This document shows, one piece after another, positions 8,764 through 18,854 of a DNA stretch of 64,000 nucleotides. The DNA is from Turneriella sp. (GTDB taxonomy: Bacteria; Spirochaetota; Leptospiria; Turneriellales; Turneriellaceae), in contig CBDIID010000003.1 of NCBI GenBank assembly GCA_965279515.1, positions 4,736,001 through 4,800,000 of the forward strand, written 5' to 3'. The first letter of the stretch is position 1. Each line of letters starts with the position of its first letter. Made by a program: the position numbers and the translations under genes. The notes beneath the pieces were generated by a model. That model had not been told where the DNA came from, made no database searches, and was given only the letters and a program-made list of their open reading frames with translations.

Positions 8764-10724
8764 GGATGTCTCAGCTAAGCCGTAGTTTCGCCGCAGCGGT
8801 TCTTTTGGCCGCGGGGCTTGCCGCGGCCGACCAGTCGGCGCAGTATTTTTACGATCAGGCGAAAAACCTCGAGAAGGCCGGCGACACGATACGCGCGGGC
8901 GACATGGTGCGCGAGTCGCTCCGTAAAAACGGCGATCACGTGCCTTCGCTGCTCTTGCTGGCGAAAATTCTCTCTGCCTCGCTTGATCTTAAAACTGCCG
9001 AGAGCCTTGTGCAACGCGCGCTGAAGCTCGATGGTGAAAATGAAGAGGCGATGATTCTTTGCGCGCGCATCGAACATAAACTGAAAAATACGCCGGCCTT
9101 TGAGGCCTGCCTCGACCGGGCCGAAAAGAAACGGCGCATGAACCCCGACGCGCTGTCGCTGCGTGCCCAGGTGCTGATCGACAATGCACAGTATGCGATT
9201 GCGAAACGCAAGATCGACGCGATCCTGCGTGATAATCCCGGCCACACCGAGACACACCTGCGCCTCGCTGGCCTCTACCTGAAACTCAAACAGTTTGAAA
9301 AAGCCGAGGCGCAGTTCCGGAAAATCCAGGCGCTGTTGCCCGATAATTCTGAACTAGCTGTCGCGATCGCGCGCGCGCGGCTCGACGCGTTTTTTAAGGG
9401 CGCCGCAAATGGCGATTTCTCCCCGGAAAACGAGGCCGCCGTGCGGGCGCTCGAAGCGCTGCGCCATGCGTATTCAAATAACCCCGAAAATTCTTCCGTG
9501 AGCCTTATGCTCTCGCAACTTTTGGCTGCGACAGGGCGCTGCGGCGAGGCGGGCGACTACCTGAAAAAACTGGCCGCCGCAGAAGCGGAGTCGCGCAGCG
9601 TGGTCATCTTCTATGCCTTTTGCGATCCCGCTGGTGCCGCGAAACTCTTGGGCGATTATCTCAAGCGCAACGAAGATGACGACCTGACCCGCCACCAGAG
9701 CGAATTGGCGCAGTTGGTTCAAAACAAAAAGCGCGAGCATGCCATTGCCACCAAGGCCGCCCGTCACCACCGCAACCTCGCGCGCCGTGAGATGGAAGAA
9801 AATGCCGACGAGTTTGCGCTGGCTGAGCTGCGCTGGGCAGAATATCTTTTTCCCGGCTACATCGAAGCACACCGCGACCTGTTGAAATTTTTCCGCACGA
9901 AAAAAGATTATGAACGCATGGCGGATGAACTCATTTTCCTGCGCGATGCCACGCAGGGCAAGGATTTCCGCGAGCAGGTCGAACAGCTGGAAATCGAAAA
10001 GCGCGATCTTTGGTACATTAAAGAGGGCGTCGCCACACCTGAGCGCGCAAAGAACCTGATTCCCGTACACATCTATCCCCTGCGCGCGCGCGACCCGCTG
10101 ACCGACCATCCCCTGGGCGGGGTGGCTATTGCGGATCGCGCACGTGTCGCACTGCAAAACTACGGGCGGGTGCGCTCGGTTTCGCGCGAGATGGCGGCTC
10201 TGCCGCAGGCGCAAAAGTTCAACCCGGAGAATTTACGCAAACTGCGGCAGACCTATGCCGACGCGCTCAGGGCCGAAGATAACACACAGCCATTCCAGCG
10301 CCGCCCCTTGAGTCTGGTGCTGGTGGGCGATTTCAGCGAGCTGGCGCATGGCATCGAGGTGTCGGCAGAGATCGTCGATGCCGATTCGGGCATCCGCGTG
10401 GCCGGGCTGACCTTTAAGGCCGTGGGCCGCGATTTTCTCAACAAGGCGGCGGTGCGCCTGGCGGAGTTTGTATTTCAGAATGCACCGGTGAGCGCGAACA
10501 TACTCAAGGTTCTCGGTTCAGACCGCATTCTGGTGAACACCGGCAAGCGCGATAAATTTGGTAAAGACATACAATTTGCCGCAACAGACAAGCTGGGCCG
10601 AACCATCACTTTCAAAGTGGTGCGTAGAGATTTTGATATACTCGAAGCGCAGGCTGCGCAGGGGGATGCAACTCGGCATCTGAAAGCCGGCGATCTGTTG
10701 AATTTAGTGAAAACGGAAAAGTAG
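8760..10724 (+). CDS. Exported TPR-repeat protein
   Basis: Signal peptide and multiple TPR-like helices; 4-bp overlap with the upstream gene. Confidence 0.75.
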   Translation: MRMSQLSRSFAAAVLLAAGLAAADQSAQYFYDQAKNLEKAGDTIRAGDMVRESLRKNGDHVPSLLLLAKILSASLDLKTAESLVQRALKLDGENEEAMILCARIEHKLKNTPAFEACLDRAEKKRRMNPDALSLRAQVLIDNAQYAIAKRKIDAILRDNPGHTETHLRLAGLYLKLKQFEKAEAQFRKIQALLPDNSELAVAIARARLDAFFKGAANGDFSPENEAAVRALEALRHAYSNNPENSSVSLMLSQLLAATGRCGEAGDYLKKLAAAEAESRSVVIFYAFCDPAGAAKLLGDYLKRNEDDDLTRHQSELAQLVQNKKREHAIATKAARHHRNLARREMEENADEFALAELRWAEYLFPGYIEAHRDLLKFFRTKKDYERMADELIFLRDATQGKDFREQVEQLEIEKRDLWYIKEGVATPERAKNLIPVHIYPLRARDPLTDHPLGGVAIADRARVALQNYGRVRSVSREMAALPQAQKFNPENLRKLRQTYADALRAEDNTQPFQRRPLSLVLVGDFSELAHGIEVSAEIVDADSGIRVAGLTFKAVGRDFLNKAAVRLAEFVFQNAPVSANILKVLGSDRILVNTGKRDKFGKDIQFAATDKLGRTITFKVVRRDFDILEAQAAQGDATRHLKAGDLLNLVKTEK

Positions 10725-10744
10725 GGGATGGCCAGGCCATCCCC
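10724..10744. terminator. GC-rich inverted repeat between convergent genes
   Basis: GGGGATGGCC-A-GGCCATCCCC. Confidence 0.55.
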
Positions 10745-10752
10745 CAAACTAC

Positions 10753-11268
10753 TTAGTTAAAGTAGAAAATCACACCAACCGCTGTGCGGGTTGTGCCGAG
10801 GGTTGTAGTCTTGTTGGTGGTGGTACCGCCTTTGTCCTCACTTGTATAACCGAAACCTAACTCACCAAAAATGTGAACCTGGTCAAGCAATGCTGCCTGA
10901 AGGCCGAGAGATGCTGCGAAGTTCAAGCTAGAACCTGTTGCCGAACCAGCTGTGGTCTTCGTAGTCGTGGAGGTGTAGCTTGCGGATGGCGCGACGTACA
11001 TGTCCAGAATGTTGAACTTAGCCAGATAAATCGGAACACCAAGACCGAAAATAAGGTTTGATGTCGTTGTATCACCTGTTGTCGTGACTGTCTCCGTAGT
11101 GTAGCCGACACTTGGTGTGATAGCGATCATATCCGTAATGTGCCACCATGCACCGAAGCTTTTAGCTGTGCCGGCATAGCTGAAGTTTACACCAATTTTA
11201 CCGCCTTTAACGCTGGCGAATACGCTGGTCGATGCGATAAACGCGAGACCTAAAAATATTTTCTTCAT
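10753..11268 (-). CDS. Small outer-membrane beta-barrel protein
   Basis: Signal peptide, alternating amphipathic strands, Thr-rich loops, C-terminal VGVIFYFN, and a strong AAGGAG RBS. Confidence 0.8.
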   Translation of the reverse strand: MKKIFLGLAFIASTSVFASVKGGKIGVNFSYAGTAKSFGAWWHITDMIAITPSVGYTTETVTTTGDTTTSNLIFGLGVPIYLAKFNILDMYVAPSASYTSTTTKTTAGSATGSSLNFAASLGLQAALLDQVHIFGELGFGYTSEDKGGTTTNKTTTLGTTRTAVGVIFYFN

Positions 11269-11470
11269 GTTATCTCCTTAAAATCTTTAGATAAGCAGTG
11301 ACCTGCTGATGCGACATAATCCCCAGCGGTTTGAACCTTAAGGGTAAAATGCCGCATACACAACCACCTTAGGGGGCACTCCCTTCACGACAACCCTAAA
11401 AAAAGACAAAAAATGGCCCCGCGAGGCATCAAATGACATCAGATTATACATCTCTCGTGCACCACTCCAC

Positions 11471-11606
11471 GGCCACATCCTTCTGGCCTTAGTGCACCGG
11501 CCCTCAGTTCCGCCCTCCTGGCGCTTCGGGCCTCGCACCATCGGTTGGCCGCAGAGTGCCTCCTGCACGCGGCCAACTAACCGGCATCCTGCCGGCTTAG
11601 TGCACC
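11471..11606 (-). repeat. Cluster of hairpins with GGA loops on the minus strand (CsrA-site-like repeat element)
   Basis: Minus-strand hairpins ggccagAAGGATGtggcc, cgcCAGGAGGgcg, gtgCAGGAGGcac and ccggCAGGATGccgg; direct repeat CTTAGTGCACC occurs twice. Confidence 0.6.
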
Positions 11607-11759
11607 GCTAACAAAAAATAGCTTGACGCTTTGCTCAATTTCGACGACGAAACTATCGAAGCGTTAATAGTTTTTTGCGGGATTCCCCAAAGGCGCCGGC
11701 AAGGAGCACCTCGTGTGCGCCGCCGCCTTAGGTGCCTTCTGCACTATAAGGAGTAAACT

Positions 11760-12872
11760 ATGGAAATTACAGCGAACATCTCTACACTGGGGAATATGGT
11801 ACTGCGCAACCCGCGGGTTGCGGCAGATCTCTTTCCTTCGGCAATTGCCGGCTATGTGCTGCAGCACGGGCACCAAAACACACTGCAGATAGTTTCGGGA
11901 CACCCCGTTCACTATGACTGGACTTATTCGAACTTCGGCAATCCCGAGTTCAAGACCCTCTACCGCCGGGCTTATAAAGGGCAGTGGGATGCCGAAGATC
12001 TGCCCTGGGATACTAAAGTAGATCCTTATAACCCGAATATTGCGATTATCCCCGAGCGCCTGGTGCCGGGTTTTGGCGAGAAATTCTACCCGAAAGACCT
12101 GCGCGACCGCCAGAAAATCCAGCATTCGGCCATCAGCTTCCTTTTATCCCAGTTTCTGCATGGCGAGCAGGGTGCGCTCTATATCGCCGGTGAAACGGTC
12201 GAGGCGAGCCCGTGGTTTGACGCGAAACTCTATGGTTCGACACAGGTCGTCGACGAAGGCCGCCACGTTGAGGTCTTTGCCCGTTACCTGCAGCAAAAAC
12301 TCGAAAAACTCTATCACGTGAACGATAACCTCTTTGTTATCCTGCGTTCGATCACCGCGGGTTCCGATTGGGATCTCAAGTTTTTGGGCATGCAGATCAT
12401 GATAGAGGGCTTGGCTCTCGGCGCCTTTGGGACGTTGTATAAGTTCACCGAAGAGCCCCTGCTGAAACAGCTGCTGAAACAGGTGATCTCCGACGAGGCG
12501 CGCCACGTACACTACGGCGTGGTCGCGCTGCGCGATTACTTCACAAAAGAGATTTCCGAGGCGAAACGCCGTGAGCGCGAAGACTGGGCGTATGAGGTGG
12601 CGATTATGCTGCGCAACCGCTTCCATTTCCTCGAAATCCACGAAGAATTCTATGGCCAGTCGATCAGCCGCAAGGACTGGCTGCACCTGCTCGAAACATC
12701 GGAAATGATGAGCGAGTTCAGAAAGCAGCTGTTTACGCGGATGATCCCCAACCTCAAGGCGATTGGCCTCTTGAGCGACCGCATTCGGCCCAAATATGCC
12801 CAGCTGGGTATTTTGAAGTACGAAAACGAGCAGTCGGCCGACAAGCTGACAGCTGAAGATTTGATGAAATAG
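11760..12872 (+). CDS. Ferritin-like di-iron oxidoreductase (AurF-like)
   Basis: GEQGA, DEGRH, IEGLA and DEARH di-iron ligand pattern; AAGGAG RBS. Confidence 0.85.
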   Translation: MEITANISTLGNMVLRNPRVAADLFPSAIAGYVLQHGHQNTLQIVSGHPVHYDWTYSNFGNPEFKTLYRRAYKGQWDAEDLPWDTKVDPYNPNIAIIPERLVPGFGEKFYPKDLRDRQKIQHSAISFLLSQFLHGEQGALYIAGETVEASPWFDAKLYGSTQVVDEGRHVEVFARYLQQKLEKLYHVNDNLFVILRSITAGSDWDLKFLGMQIMIEGLALGAFGTLYKFTEEPLLKQLLKQVISDEARHVHYGVVALRDYFTKEISEAKRREREDWAYEVAIMLRNRFHFLEIHEEFYGQSISRKDWLHLLETSEMMSEFRKQLFTRMIPNLKAIGLLSDRIRPKYAQLGILKYENEQSADKLTAEDLMK

Positions 12873-12886
12873 GTTTAAATTCCCGG

Positions 12887-12912
12887 CCGGTAACGGGAAA
12901 GCCCGTTGCCGG
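12887..12912 (+). terminator. Hairpin downstream of the di-iron gene
   Basis: CCGGTAACGGG-AAAG-CCCGTTGCCGG. Confidence 0.4.
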
Positions 12913-12953
12913 TAATTGTGTTGTCAAAACCTCGGACTTTAGTATATTTGGGC

Positions 12954-13145
12954 ATGGCCACAGCCAAGAAAAGAGTTTTTACCCCCGCCCAACTTGCCTA
13001 TGCGCGCAAGGATCTCATACAGCAACGATTGGGTCTGTTTCCTGTGGACGTTCAGTCCGATGGATTTTATTATGACGGCCCCGAAGCGTTGCTTGCCATC
13101 AAGAAGAAATTGCCCGTCAAAAAGACACGAATCAAGAAAAAGTGA
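12954..13145 (+). CDS. Small basic hypothetical protein (candidate antitoxin)
   Basis: 63 aa, ATG 5 nt after TTGTCA-N16-TATATT; GTGA overlap with the next ORF. Confidence 0.55.
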   Translation: MATAKKRVFTPAQLAYARKDLIQQRLGLFPVDVQSDGFYYDGPEALLAIKKKLPVKKTRIKKK

Positions 13146-13378
13146 ATTACCGCTTCTCCGATGAAGTCTTGGTGATTTTAGCCCAAAAATGGTATATCTA
13201 TATCGATGAAATCACGGACGTATTTCGTCAGATATCCTTGATGACTGAAAAAGAATTCCGACTGCGCTACCAGAAGGACAAATCTGTTCGCATTGGTTTG
13301 CATGATGGCAGTTTTCTTCGTTTTTCCATTCGTTTTCAGGGTGGGATAGCCTATGTTTACGAAATCCAAATTGGGTAA
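13142..13378 (+). CDS. Small hypothetical protein with RelE/ParE-like layout (candidate toxin)
   Basis: 78 aa; N-terminal strand YRFSDE, helices, C-terminal LRFSIRFQGGIAYVYEI; AT-rich relative to flanks. Confidence 0.5.
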   Translation: MNYRFSDEVLVILAQKWYIYIDEITDVFRQISLMTEKEFRLRYQKDKSVRIGLHDGSFLRFSIRFQGGIAYVYEIQIG

Positions 13379-13427
13379 ATACGCTACTTTTTAGTTGCCA
13401 CCGCGGCCGGACTTGTTACCGCCGCCC

Positions 13428-15863
13428 ATGGCCATGCAACTCGATTCCTCGATTCTCAAAAAACGCATTTCGATTATTTTCTATATTGTCAGTTTACTCG
13501 GTTTTGCCAGCATTATCGGTATTGCTGTCACCCCGAAGGATAACCTGCGGCTGAACGTCTTATTGCATGAAACCTATAACATCGTTCTGATTTTCTCGAC
13601 GATCGGCTTCATCGGCCTCGTCTATATTCTGCTCAACTTCCTCGGCTTTTTCGGCCTCGATCGCAATAAATTGATGGGCATGTATCTTGCGCTTTCGATT
13701 GCCGGTTGGTTCTGTTTTATCTACCAGCGCTATGACTTTATTCTGAAACCCCTCGAAGAGTTCGGTATCAATATGCGTTTCAAAATGGCAGCCGAGACGC
13801 AGAAGTACGGCCAGGTGGGAGATCAGGTTGTCAAAATCCCCCTGAAGAGTCTGCATCCGGCGATCCACATCGTCGGTATCGAAACCGAAACGGTGCAGCA
13901 GTATGGCGGCTATCCTTTCAGCTGGAAACACTATGCAGACGAACTGAAGTCGCTCAAAGGTTCCGGCGCGAACACGGTGATGTTCGACGTTTTCTTCATG
14001 GATGAGTTTAAGGATAACTATGGTATCCTCTACATGGTCGAGAGCCTCAGGGATATTGCGCCGAAGCTTTTTGCACAAGGACAGGGTATTAATGTCAGTG
14101 CAGGTGAGTTGCGCGCCCGGTCAGCGCGCTGGAGCGAGGAGATCCGCCGTTCAGGCAACGTTATTGTCGACTATGGCATGGAAGTCGATCCGAGTTTTGA
14201 CCCGGCGGTCTTGCAGAACCCTGATCTCAAAGCGCGCATTGCCGAGCTCAACAAGTTCCGTATTCCAGACCAGAATATTGTCGAGAACGAGTACCTGAAA
14301 GATCCTTACATGGAATGGGTATCGTATCCGTATCCGCCGATTCCGGCGGTCAGCAGCGCGACAAAGGGTTTAGGGGCGGCGAATGTGAAGTATGAGGCGG
14401 CGTCGGTCAACTATGTCATGCCGATGGTCTTTAAATGGCAGAACCGCCTGTATCCCTCAATCTCTCTGCTACTCGCCTGCCGCTATTTCGGCGTTGATGT
14501 TGCTAAAGATGTCGAAGTGAAACTCGGTTCTTATGTCAAAATAAAGAACATTCCCGACAAAAAAATCAGTATCGGTATTTTTGGCGAAGAGCGCGACGTC
14601 ATGACGCAACCCAATGCGGAGCGCACGGTCACTATTCCGATCAACGATATCGGCATGATGGCGATTAACTTCATCGGCGGGCCCTATACCTTCCCGCACA
14701 CCAAAATGGTTGAATTGGCCGAGCAGGTCAATATGAAGGAAAAAACCCTGAACGTCGAAGACTTCAAGAACAAGGTCCTTTTGACGGCGATGTATTATGC
14801 GACCGGTGTCTCAACCACGCGCGATATACACCCTTCGCCCTTTAGCCACACCACCGCGGGTATTGAACACCACGCCAGTGCGCTCAACACTATTCTCATG
14901 CAAAACTTCATTAGTTATGCCAACCAGTGGATCAACTACCTGATCATGTTCGCCTTTGCGGCCTTTTTAGGCTTTTTGATTCCGCGGTCGAATATCGGGA
15001 TCACCCTCGTGGTCGTGGGTGTGGTTTCCGCGATCTTCTTTATCGAAGCGGTAATGATCTTCAAGTACATGAAGTATGTTCACTTTTTCCTTGTTCCCTA
15101 TGTCGAAACCGTCGTCATTCTGATCGCCGTCATCGGTTACAAGGTCTTGACCGAAGAAGAAAACGTCAAATATATCCGCAGTACATTCTCGAAATTCGTC
15201 TCGAAAGATATCGTGAACGAACTGCTCGCCAACCCCGAGTCGCTGAAGCTCGGTGGTGAAAAGAAAGAACTCACCGTATTCTTCTCCGATATCCGCGGAT
15301 TTACCACGATGTCTGAGAGTCTCTCTCCTGAAGATCTCGTTCACCTGCTCAATGAATATCTCTCAACCATGACGAATCTTGTCATCGCCTATAAAGGTAC
15401 GATCGATAAGTACATGGGTGATGCCATCATGGCCTTCTGGGGCGCCCCGGTGCCGAATGAAGACCATGCCTATTGCGCCTGCCTGACCTCCGTGATTCAG
15501 CTCGAAGAGTTGAAAAAAATGCAGGATCGCTGGGCTGCAAACGGCTGGCCGGTGATCGACATCGGTATCGGCCTCAATACCGGTTATGCGGTTGCCGGCA
15601 ACATGGGATCTTCACACCGTATGGATTATACGGTGATGGGTGACACGATCAACCTAGGCAGTCGCCTCGAAGGTACTAATAAACAATACGGCACGCGCAT
15701 CATCATTTCAGAGTTTACCTACGCAAAGGTCAAAGACCGCGTTTATACCCGCGAACTCGACGATATCCGCGTAAAAGGTAAGAACGAGCCTGTGAAGATT
15801 TATGAGCTGATCGATGTGGTAAACCGCGAAGATTTGGAAAAGCTCCGCGTCGCGGTGGATTAA
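13428..15863 (+). CDS. CHASE2-domain membrane class III adenylate/guanylate cyclase
   Basis: CHASE2 features (FDVFF, GIEHHA), TM helices, and cyclase motifs FSDIRGFT, DKYMGDAIMAFWG, GIGLNTG, MGDTINLGSRLEG. Confidence 0.92.
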   Translation: MAMQLDSSILKKRISIIFYIVSLLGFASIIGIAVTPKDNLRLNVLLHETYNIVLIFSTIGFIGLVYILLNFLGFFGLDRNKLMGMYLALSIAGWFCFIYQRYDFILKPLEEFGINMRFKMAAETQKYGQVGDQVVKIPLKSLHPAIHIVGIETETVQQYGGYPFSWKHYADELKSLKGSGANTVMFDVFFMDEFKDNYGILYMVESLRDIAPKLFAQGQGINVSAGELRARSARWSEEIRRSGNVIVDYGMEVDPSFDPAVLQNPDLKARIAELNKFRIPDQNIVENEYLKDPYMEWVSYPYPPIPAVSSATKGLGAANVKYEAASVNYVMPMVFKWQNRLYPSISLLLACRYFGVDVAKDVEVKLGSYVKIKNIPDKKISIGIFGEERDVMTQPNAERTVTIPINDIGMMAINFIGGPYTFPHTKMVELAEQVNMKEKTLNVEDFKNKVLLTAMYYATGVSTTRDIHPSPFSHTTAGIEHHASALNTILMQNFISYANQWINYLIMFAFAAFLGFLIPRSNIGITLVVVGVVSAIFFIEAVMIFKYMKYVHFFLVPYVETVVILIAVIGYKVLTEEENVKYIRSTFSKFVSKDIVNELLANPESLKLGGEKKELTVFFSDIRGFTTMSESLSPEDLVHLLNEYLSTMTNLVIAYKGTIDKYMGDAIMAFWGAPVPNEDHAYCACLTSVIQLEELKKMQDRWAANGWPVIDIGIGLNTGYAVAGNMGSSHRMDYTVMGDTINLGSRLEGTNKQYGTRIIISEFTYAKVKDRVYTRELDDIRVKGKNEPVKIYELIDVVNREDLEKLRVAVD

Positions 15864-15890
15864 TCTGCCGTAAGCGAATTTTGAAAAACC

Positions 15891-15968
15891 ACCGCAGAGT
15901 ACGCGAAGTTACGCAAAGGAAAGCCGTAACGATATCTTAACTCTGCGTAACTTTGCGCCCTTTGCGGT
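15891..15968. repeat. REP-like imperfect palindrome, family A copy 1
   Basis: 28-nt arms ACCGCAGAGTACGCGAAGTTACGCAAAG and CTCTGCGTAACTTTGCGCCCTTTGCGGT; a related copy lies at 26657-26731. Confidence 0.75.
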
Positions 15969-16768
15969 TATCTTCTGGTCTCTGCGCTTTGCGCGGATTT
16001 CTGTTTTACCATTTCATTCCCCGAGAGCATCTCGGGGTTGTTTTTTGCCAGCTGTATGACGTCGAGCGCGCCGAAGTGGGGCAGGCCACGGCGTTCAAAA
16101 TGCTCAAATACGCGCCGCGCAACCGTAAGGTCGGCCGCTTCGTCGACGGTCATGCGTATGCCTGCAACGCGGCGTTTAGCGGCTTCCTCTGAAATCGTGT
16201 CATCGAGCCTGAGCGGCATGATTTCATAGAGGTGTGGGTTCTCGCGGATATAGATCGTGACGTGCTCGCGGTGGTAATCCTTCAGGCCCGCTTCGCCCCC
16301 AGCCGTTAAAGGGATGTCGCGCAGCATCACAGAGCGCAGCGCCTCGACACGGATCATCTCGGCGCCCATGCCGAGCGGCAAGTCTGCCGTGTAAGCATAA
16401 TCAACCGGGTCGTCTTTGAGGCGCTGTATCAGTATTGCGAGCTGGTCTTTATCGACAAAGGGATTGTCGGCCGTCAGGCGGATGACATAGTCTGAGGGGG
16501 CGAGATCGGCCGCAGCGTCGATGAAACGTTTCAGCACGTTGGAAGTATGCCCCGTAAAGAAGCGGAGGCCCCGTGCCTGCAGGAAATCCGCCAAAGTTAT
16601 GTCTCCTTCGTCGGCGATCGCAAACACGAGTTCAACCCCGGCACCTTCCAGCGTCTGCATGCGCGCCGCAATGTGCTCGACAATCGCTGTTTTGCCGATT
16701 TTTTCGAGGACTTTACCCGGCAGGCGTTCACTTTTAAGGCGCGCCTGCGCCAAAGCCCTTATTCGCAT
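15968..16768 (-). CDS. SpsF-like cytidylyltransferase family protein
   Basis: QARLKSERLPGKVL, IRLTADNPF, LPLGMGAE, HREHVT, RMTVDEAAD. ATG 16768 chosen as start. Confidence 0.88.
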   Translation of the reverse strand: MRIRALAQARLKSERLPGKVLEKIGKTAIVEHIAARMQTLEGAGVELVFAIADEGDITLADFLQARGLRFFTGHTSNVLKRFIDAAADLAPSDYVIRLTADNPFVDKDQLAILIQRLKDDPVDYAYTADLPLGMGAEMIRVEALRSVMLRDIPLTAGGEAGLKDYHREHVTIYIRENPHLYEIMPLRLDDTISEEAAKRRVAGIRMTVDEAADLTVARRVFEHFERRGLPHFGALDVIQLAKNNPEMLSGNEMVKQKSAQSAETRR

Positions 16769-16897
16769 AGTACACGGAAATAGCGAGGTCGGCACCGGCA
16801 AGGAGGTTTCAAAAGCTGGCGATGGAAAATTTTTGCAGATTTTCGTCTGGAAACTAAAAAATACTTGTCTTACTCGCAAAAGCCACGAATTAGACCA

Positions 16898-17257
16898 ATG
16901 GCCGCGAAGTCAGGCATTAAGATCAAGGTCAAGAAGAAGGGCGAAATCAGCATTGTCGAAATCGACGGTGCGATCAAGTCTGGTATGGAATTCGACCTCG
17001 CGGACGAACTCGAGTCGTGCATGCACGAGGCGAAGGTTCCTAAAATTATTGTCGATATGAAAAAGGTCCCGTTCATCAATTCGGCTGCCTTGGGCATACT
17101 CCTGAATATTTACAAAGAAATCGAGCGCCGCAACGGCCGTTTCGGCCTTTGCTCAATCAGCGCCGACGTCGACCATCTGCTTGAAATCACCAAGTTGGGC
17201 TCGGTTTTTGATATCTATAAGAATCAAGACGACGCTCTCGACTCCATCGCTGATTAA
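16898..17257 (+). CDS. STAS-domain anti-sigma factor antagonist
   Basis: IVDMKKVPFINSAALGIL with the phosphoacceptor Ser; LLEITKL. Confidence 0.9.
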   Translation: MAAKSGIKIKVKKKGEISIVEIDGAIKSGMEFDLADELESCMHEAKVPKIIVDMKKVPFINSAALGILLNIYKEIERRNGRFGLCSISADVDHLLEITKLGSVFDIYKNQDDALDSIAD

Positions 17258-17313
17258 TCCGGCTTTTACGGGCCTGCTTGTGCCGGATGCAAGCGGTGCC
17301 GGTGCGTTTTGCA

Positions 17314-17850
17314 TTACCAATAGCCGTCTATAGGGAAATGTTCGCAGCTTAGGTTGCGATAAAAAGGCCGTGAACCGCCGTTTACAGCGAAGATTTGTAT
17401 GCTTTCGATCAAGCGAATGCCTTCCCAGGTTAGATCATTGTTTGAAACCAATCGCTGGTTCCGTTTTTCCATAACTAAGGTCGGGAGATACAGCTCTATT
17501 GCCAGGCGAACAAACGCCGTAATCGTCAGACCCAGCTCGATTGCCGCAAGACGAATGATCTTTTCATCTTCTCCATAAAGACACATCATGTGACGATGGA
17601 TATCCTGAGCCATGGCTAATCCCTGTTTAACACGCCGAGTCACCTGGCAGAGCTTCGGAGTCCAACGCAGCGAGCACTTTCGGGCGAGTCGCAAAGTACA
17701 GTAGCGGGTTATGGTCGAGTAAGTTCGGCGCCGTTGCCATGCCGCAAGCTTAATCCTATTCCAGTGGATTGGCGCCAAACGGACTTCCAAAAGATGGGTA
17801 ATCTGGACGGGCTTATTTTCCAGGAACCGGGGTTGTTTTCTGCATTGCAT
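17314..17850 (-). CDS. RHH-like hypothetical protein (DUF1564-like), dispersed family member 1 (divergent)
   Basis: MMCLYGEDEKIIRLAAIELGLTITAFVRLAIELYLPTL aligns with LYINQVLY..LWQRALHSGES.SRMLDVAIRVYLP.L of the other two members; shares the upstream 30-bp motif. Confidence 0.6.
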   Translation of the reverse strand: MQCRKQPRFLENKPVQITHLLEVRLAPIHWNRIKLAAWQRRRTYSTITRYCTLRLARKCSLRWTPKLCQVTRRVKQGLAMAQDIHRHMMCLYGEDEKIIRLAAIELGLTITAFVRLAIELYLPTLVMEKRNQRLVSNNDLTWEGIRLIESIQIFAVNGGSRPFYRNLSCEHFPIDGYW

Positions 17851-17865
17851 AGGTGCCTTATATAA

Positions 17866-17895
17866 GAAATACCAGAAAGGTCCGGTTTTTTCTCA
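17866..17895 (-). promoter_or_regulatory. Conserved upstream motif, copy 1
   Basis: Sense sequence TGAGAAAA-aaccggacc-TTTCTGGTATTTC, 15 nt before the ATG. Confidence 0.8.
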
Positions 17896-17977
17896 CCTAC
17901 CTATGAATTATCCATGGGGATGCATCCCTTCGGAAAAACCTGTGCGAGTTTTCGGCGTAAAATATCGAAAATAGAAT

Positions 17978-18844
17978 GTGCACCTTTACCGTTTCCTCTT
18001 ATTTACCCTCGCCGTAGCAGGGCTCAGCGCTGCCGATAACGGGCCCCGCCTCGAAGCCATTGTCGACTGGAAGTCGAACAAGATTCACCTGCGCGCCGAA
18101 TGGAATTTAAACCGCCGTAACGCCGAGCGCTCTGCGGGGGATCTACGCTCTGAAATGCGCGGCGCGCTGGTCACGAAACTCAGCGCCGTCGTCGAGGCGC
18201 TCTGGCGCCGCTCGGGGCATACGACGAGTCCAGGTGAGGCCGCGCCGGTGCCCGACCTGGCAACGTACTGGTCTTACCTGAAGCTCAATACCTTCCAGGT
18301 CGCTGAAAACAAGGTCTCCGCCACGATGGAAGTCACGCTGCGCGGGCAGAATTCGCTGATGGCACATCTGCCCTCGGAGACGGGTAAGGAAGACTGGCGC
18401 GTCGACGACAGCGCGACGAACGTCGCGTATGAGCGCCGTGCGGACCTGAAAGAATACGACGCTTCGGATGCCGAACCGTTGCTCTATACAGGGCTTATCA
18501 TCGACGCGCGGCATCTGAATTTCGTGCCATCGCTGAGCACGGGCGTATTTACGAGCTCGGGCCGCTTGCTTTATAGCCCGTCATTCCTGACCCGCGTGAC
18601 GCTGGTCAAACGCGGCGCGGCGGGATTTTTTACTAACGAAGGGCAGAGCGAGGCGCGGCAGCGCGCCGGTACGCGTCCCTTAAAAGTGCCGGCACTCGAC
18701 TTGGCCCGTGCTGGTGAAAATGCGCTGGTGATCAGCGATGAAGATGCGGCAAAAATCATGGCGCATGACGGCAGCGTGAAGAATCTCCGGCGGGCGCGCG
18801 TCGTTATTCTGATCGCACCCGACAAACTGCGCGAAAAATATTAA
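17978..18844 (+). CDS. Exported hypothetical protein with LPP20-associated-type C-terminal domain
   Basis: Signal peptide; YTGLIIDARHLNFVPSL and LVISDEDA...RVVILI. Confidence 0.6.
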   Translation: MHLYRFLLFTLAVAGLSAADNGPRLEAIVDWKSNKIHLRAEWNLNRRNAERSAGDLRSEMRGALVTKLSAVVEALWRRSGHTTSPGEAAPVPDLATYWSYLKLNTFQVAENKVSATMEVTLRGQNSLMAHLPSETGKEDWRVDDSATNVAYERRADLKEYDASDAEPLLYTGLIIDARHLNFVPSLSTGVFTSSGRLLYSPSFLTRVTLVKRGAAGFFTNEGQSEARQRAGTRPLKVPALDLARAGENALVISDEDAAKIMAHDGSVKNLRRARVVILIAPDKLREKY

Positions 18845-18854
18845 GGAAGTTAAC

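Noticed and set aside
11457..11606. Possible mini-CRISPR (GTGCACC three times, CTTAGTGCACC twice)
   Set aside because: Repeats are too short and irregularly spaced and no cas genes are present; better explained as a hairpin element.
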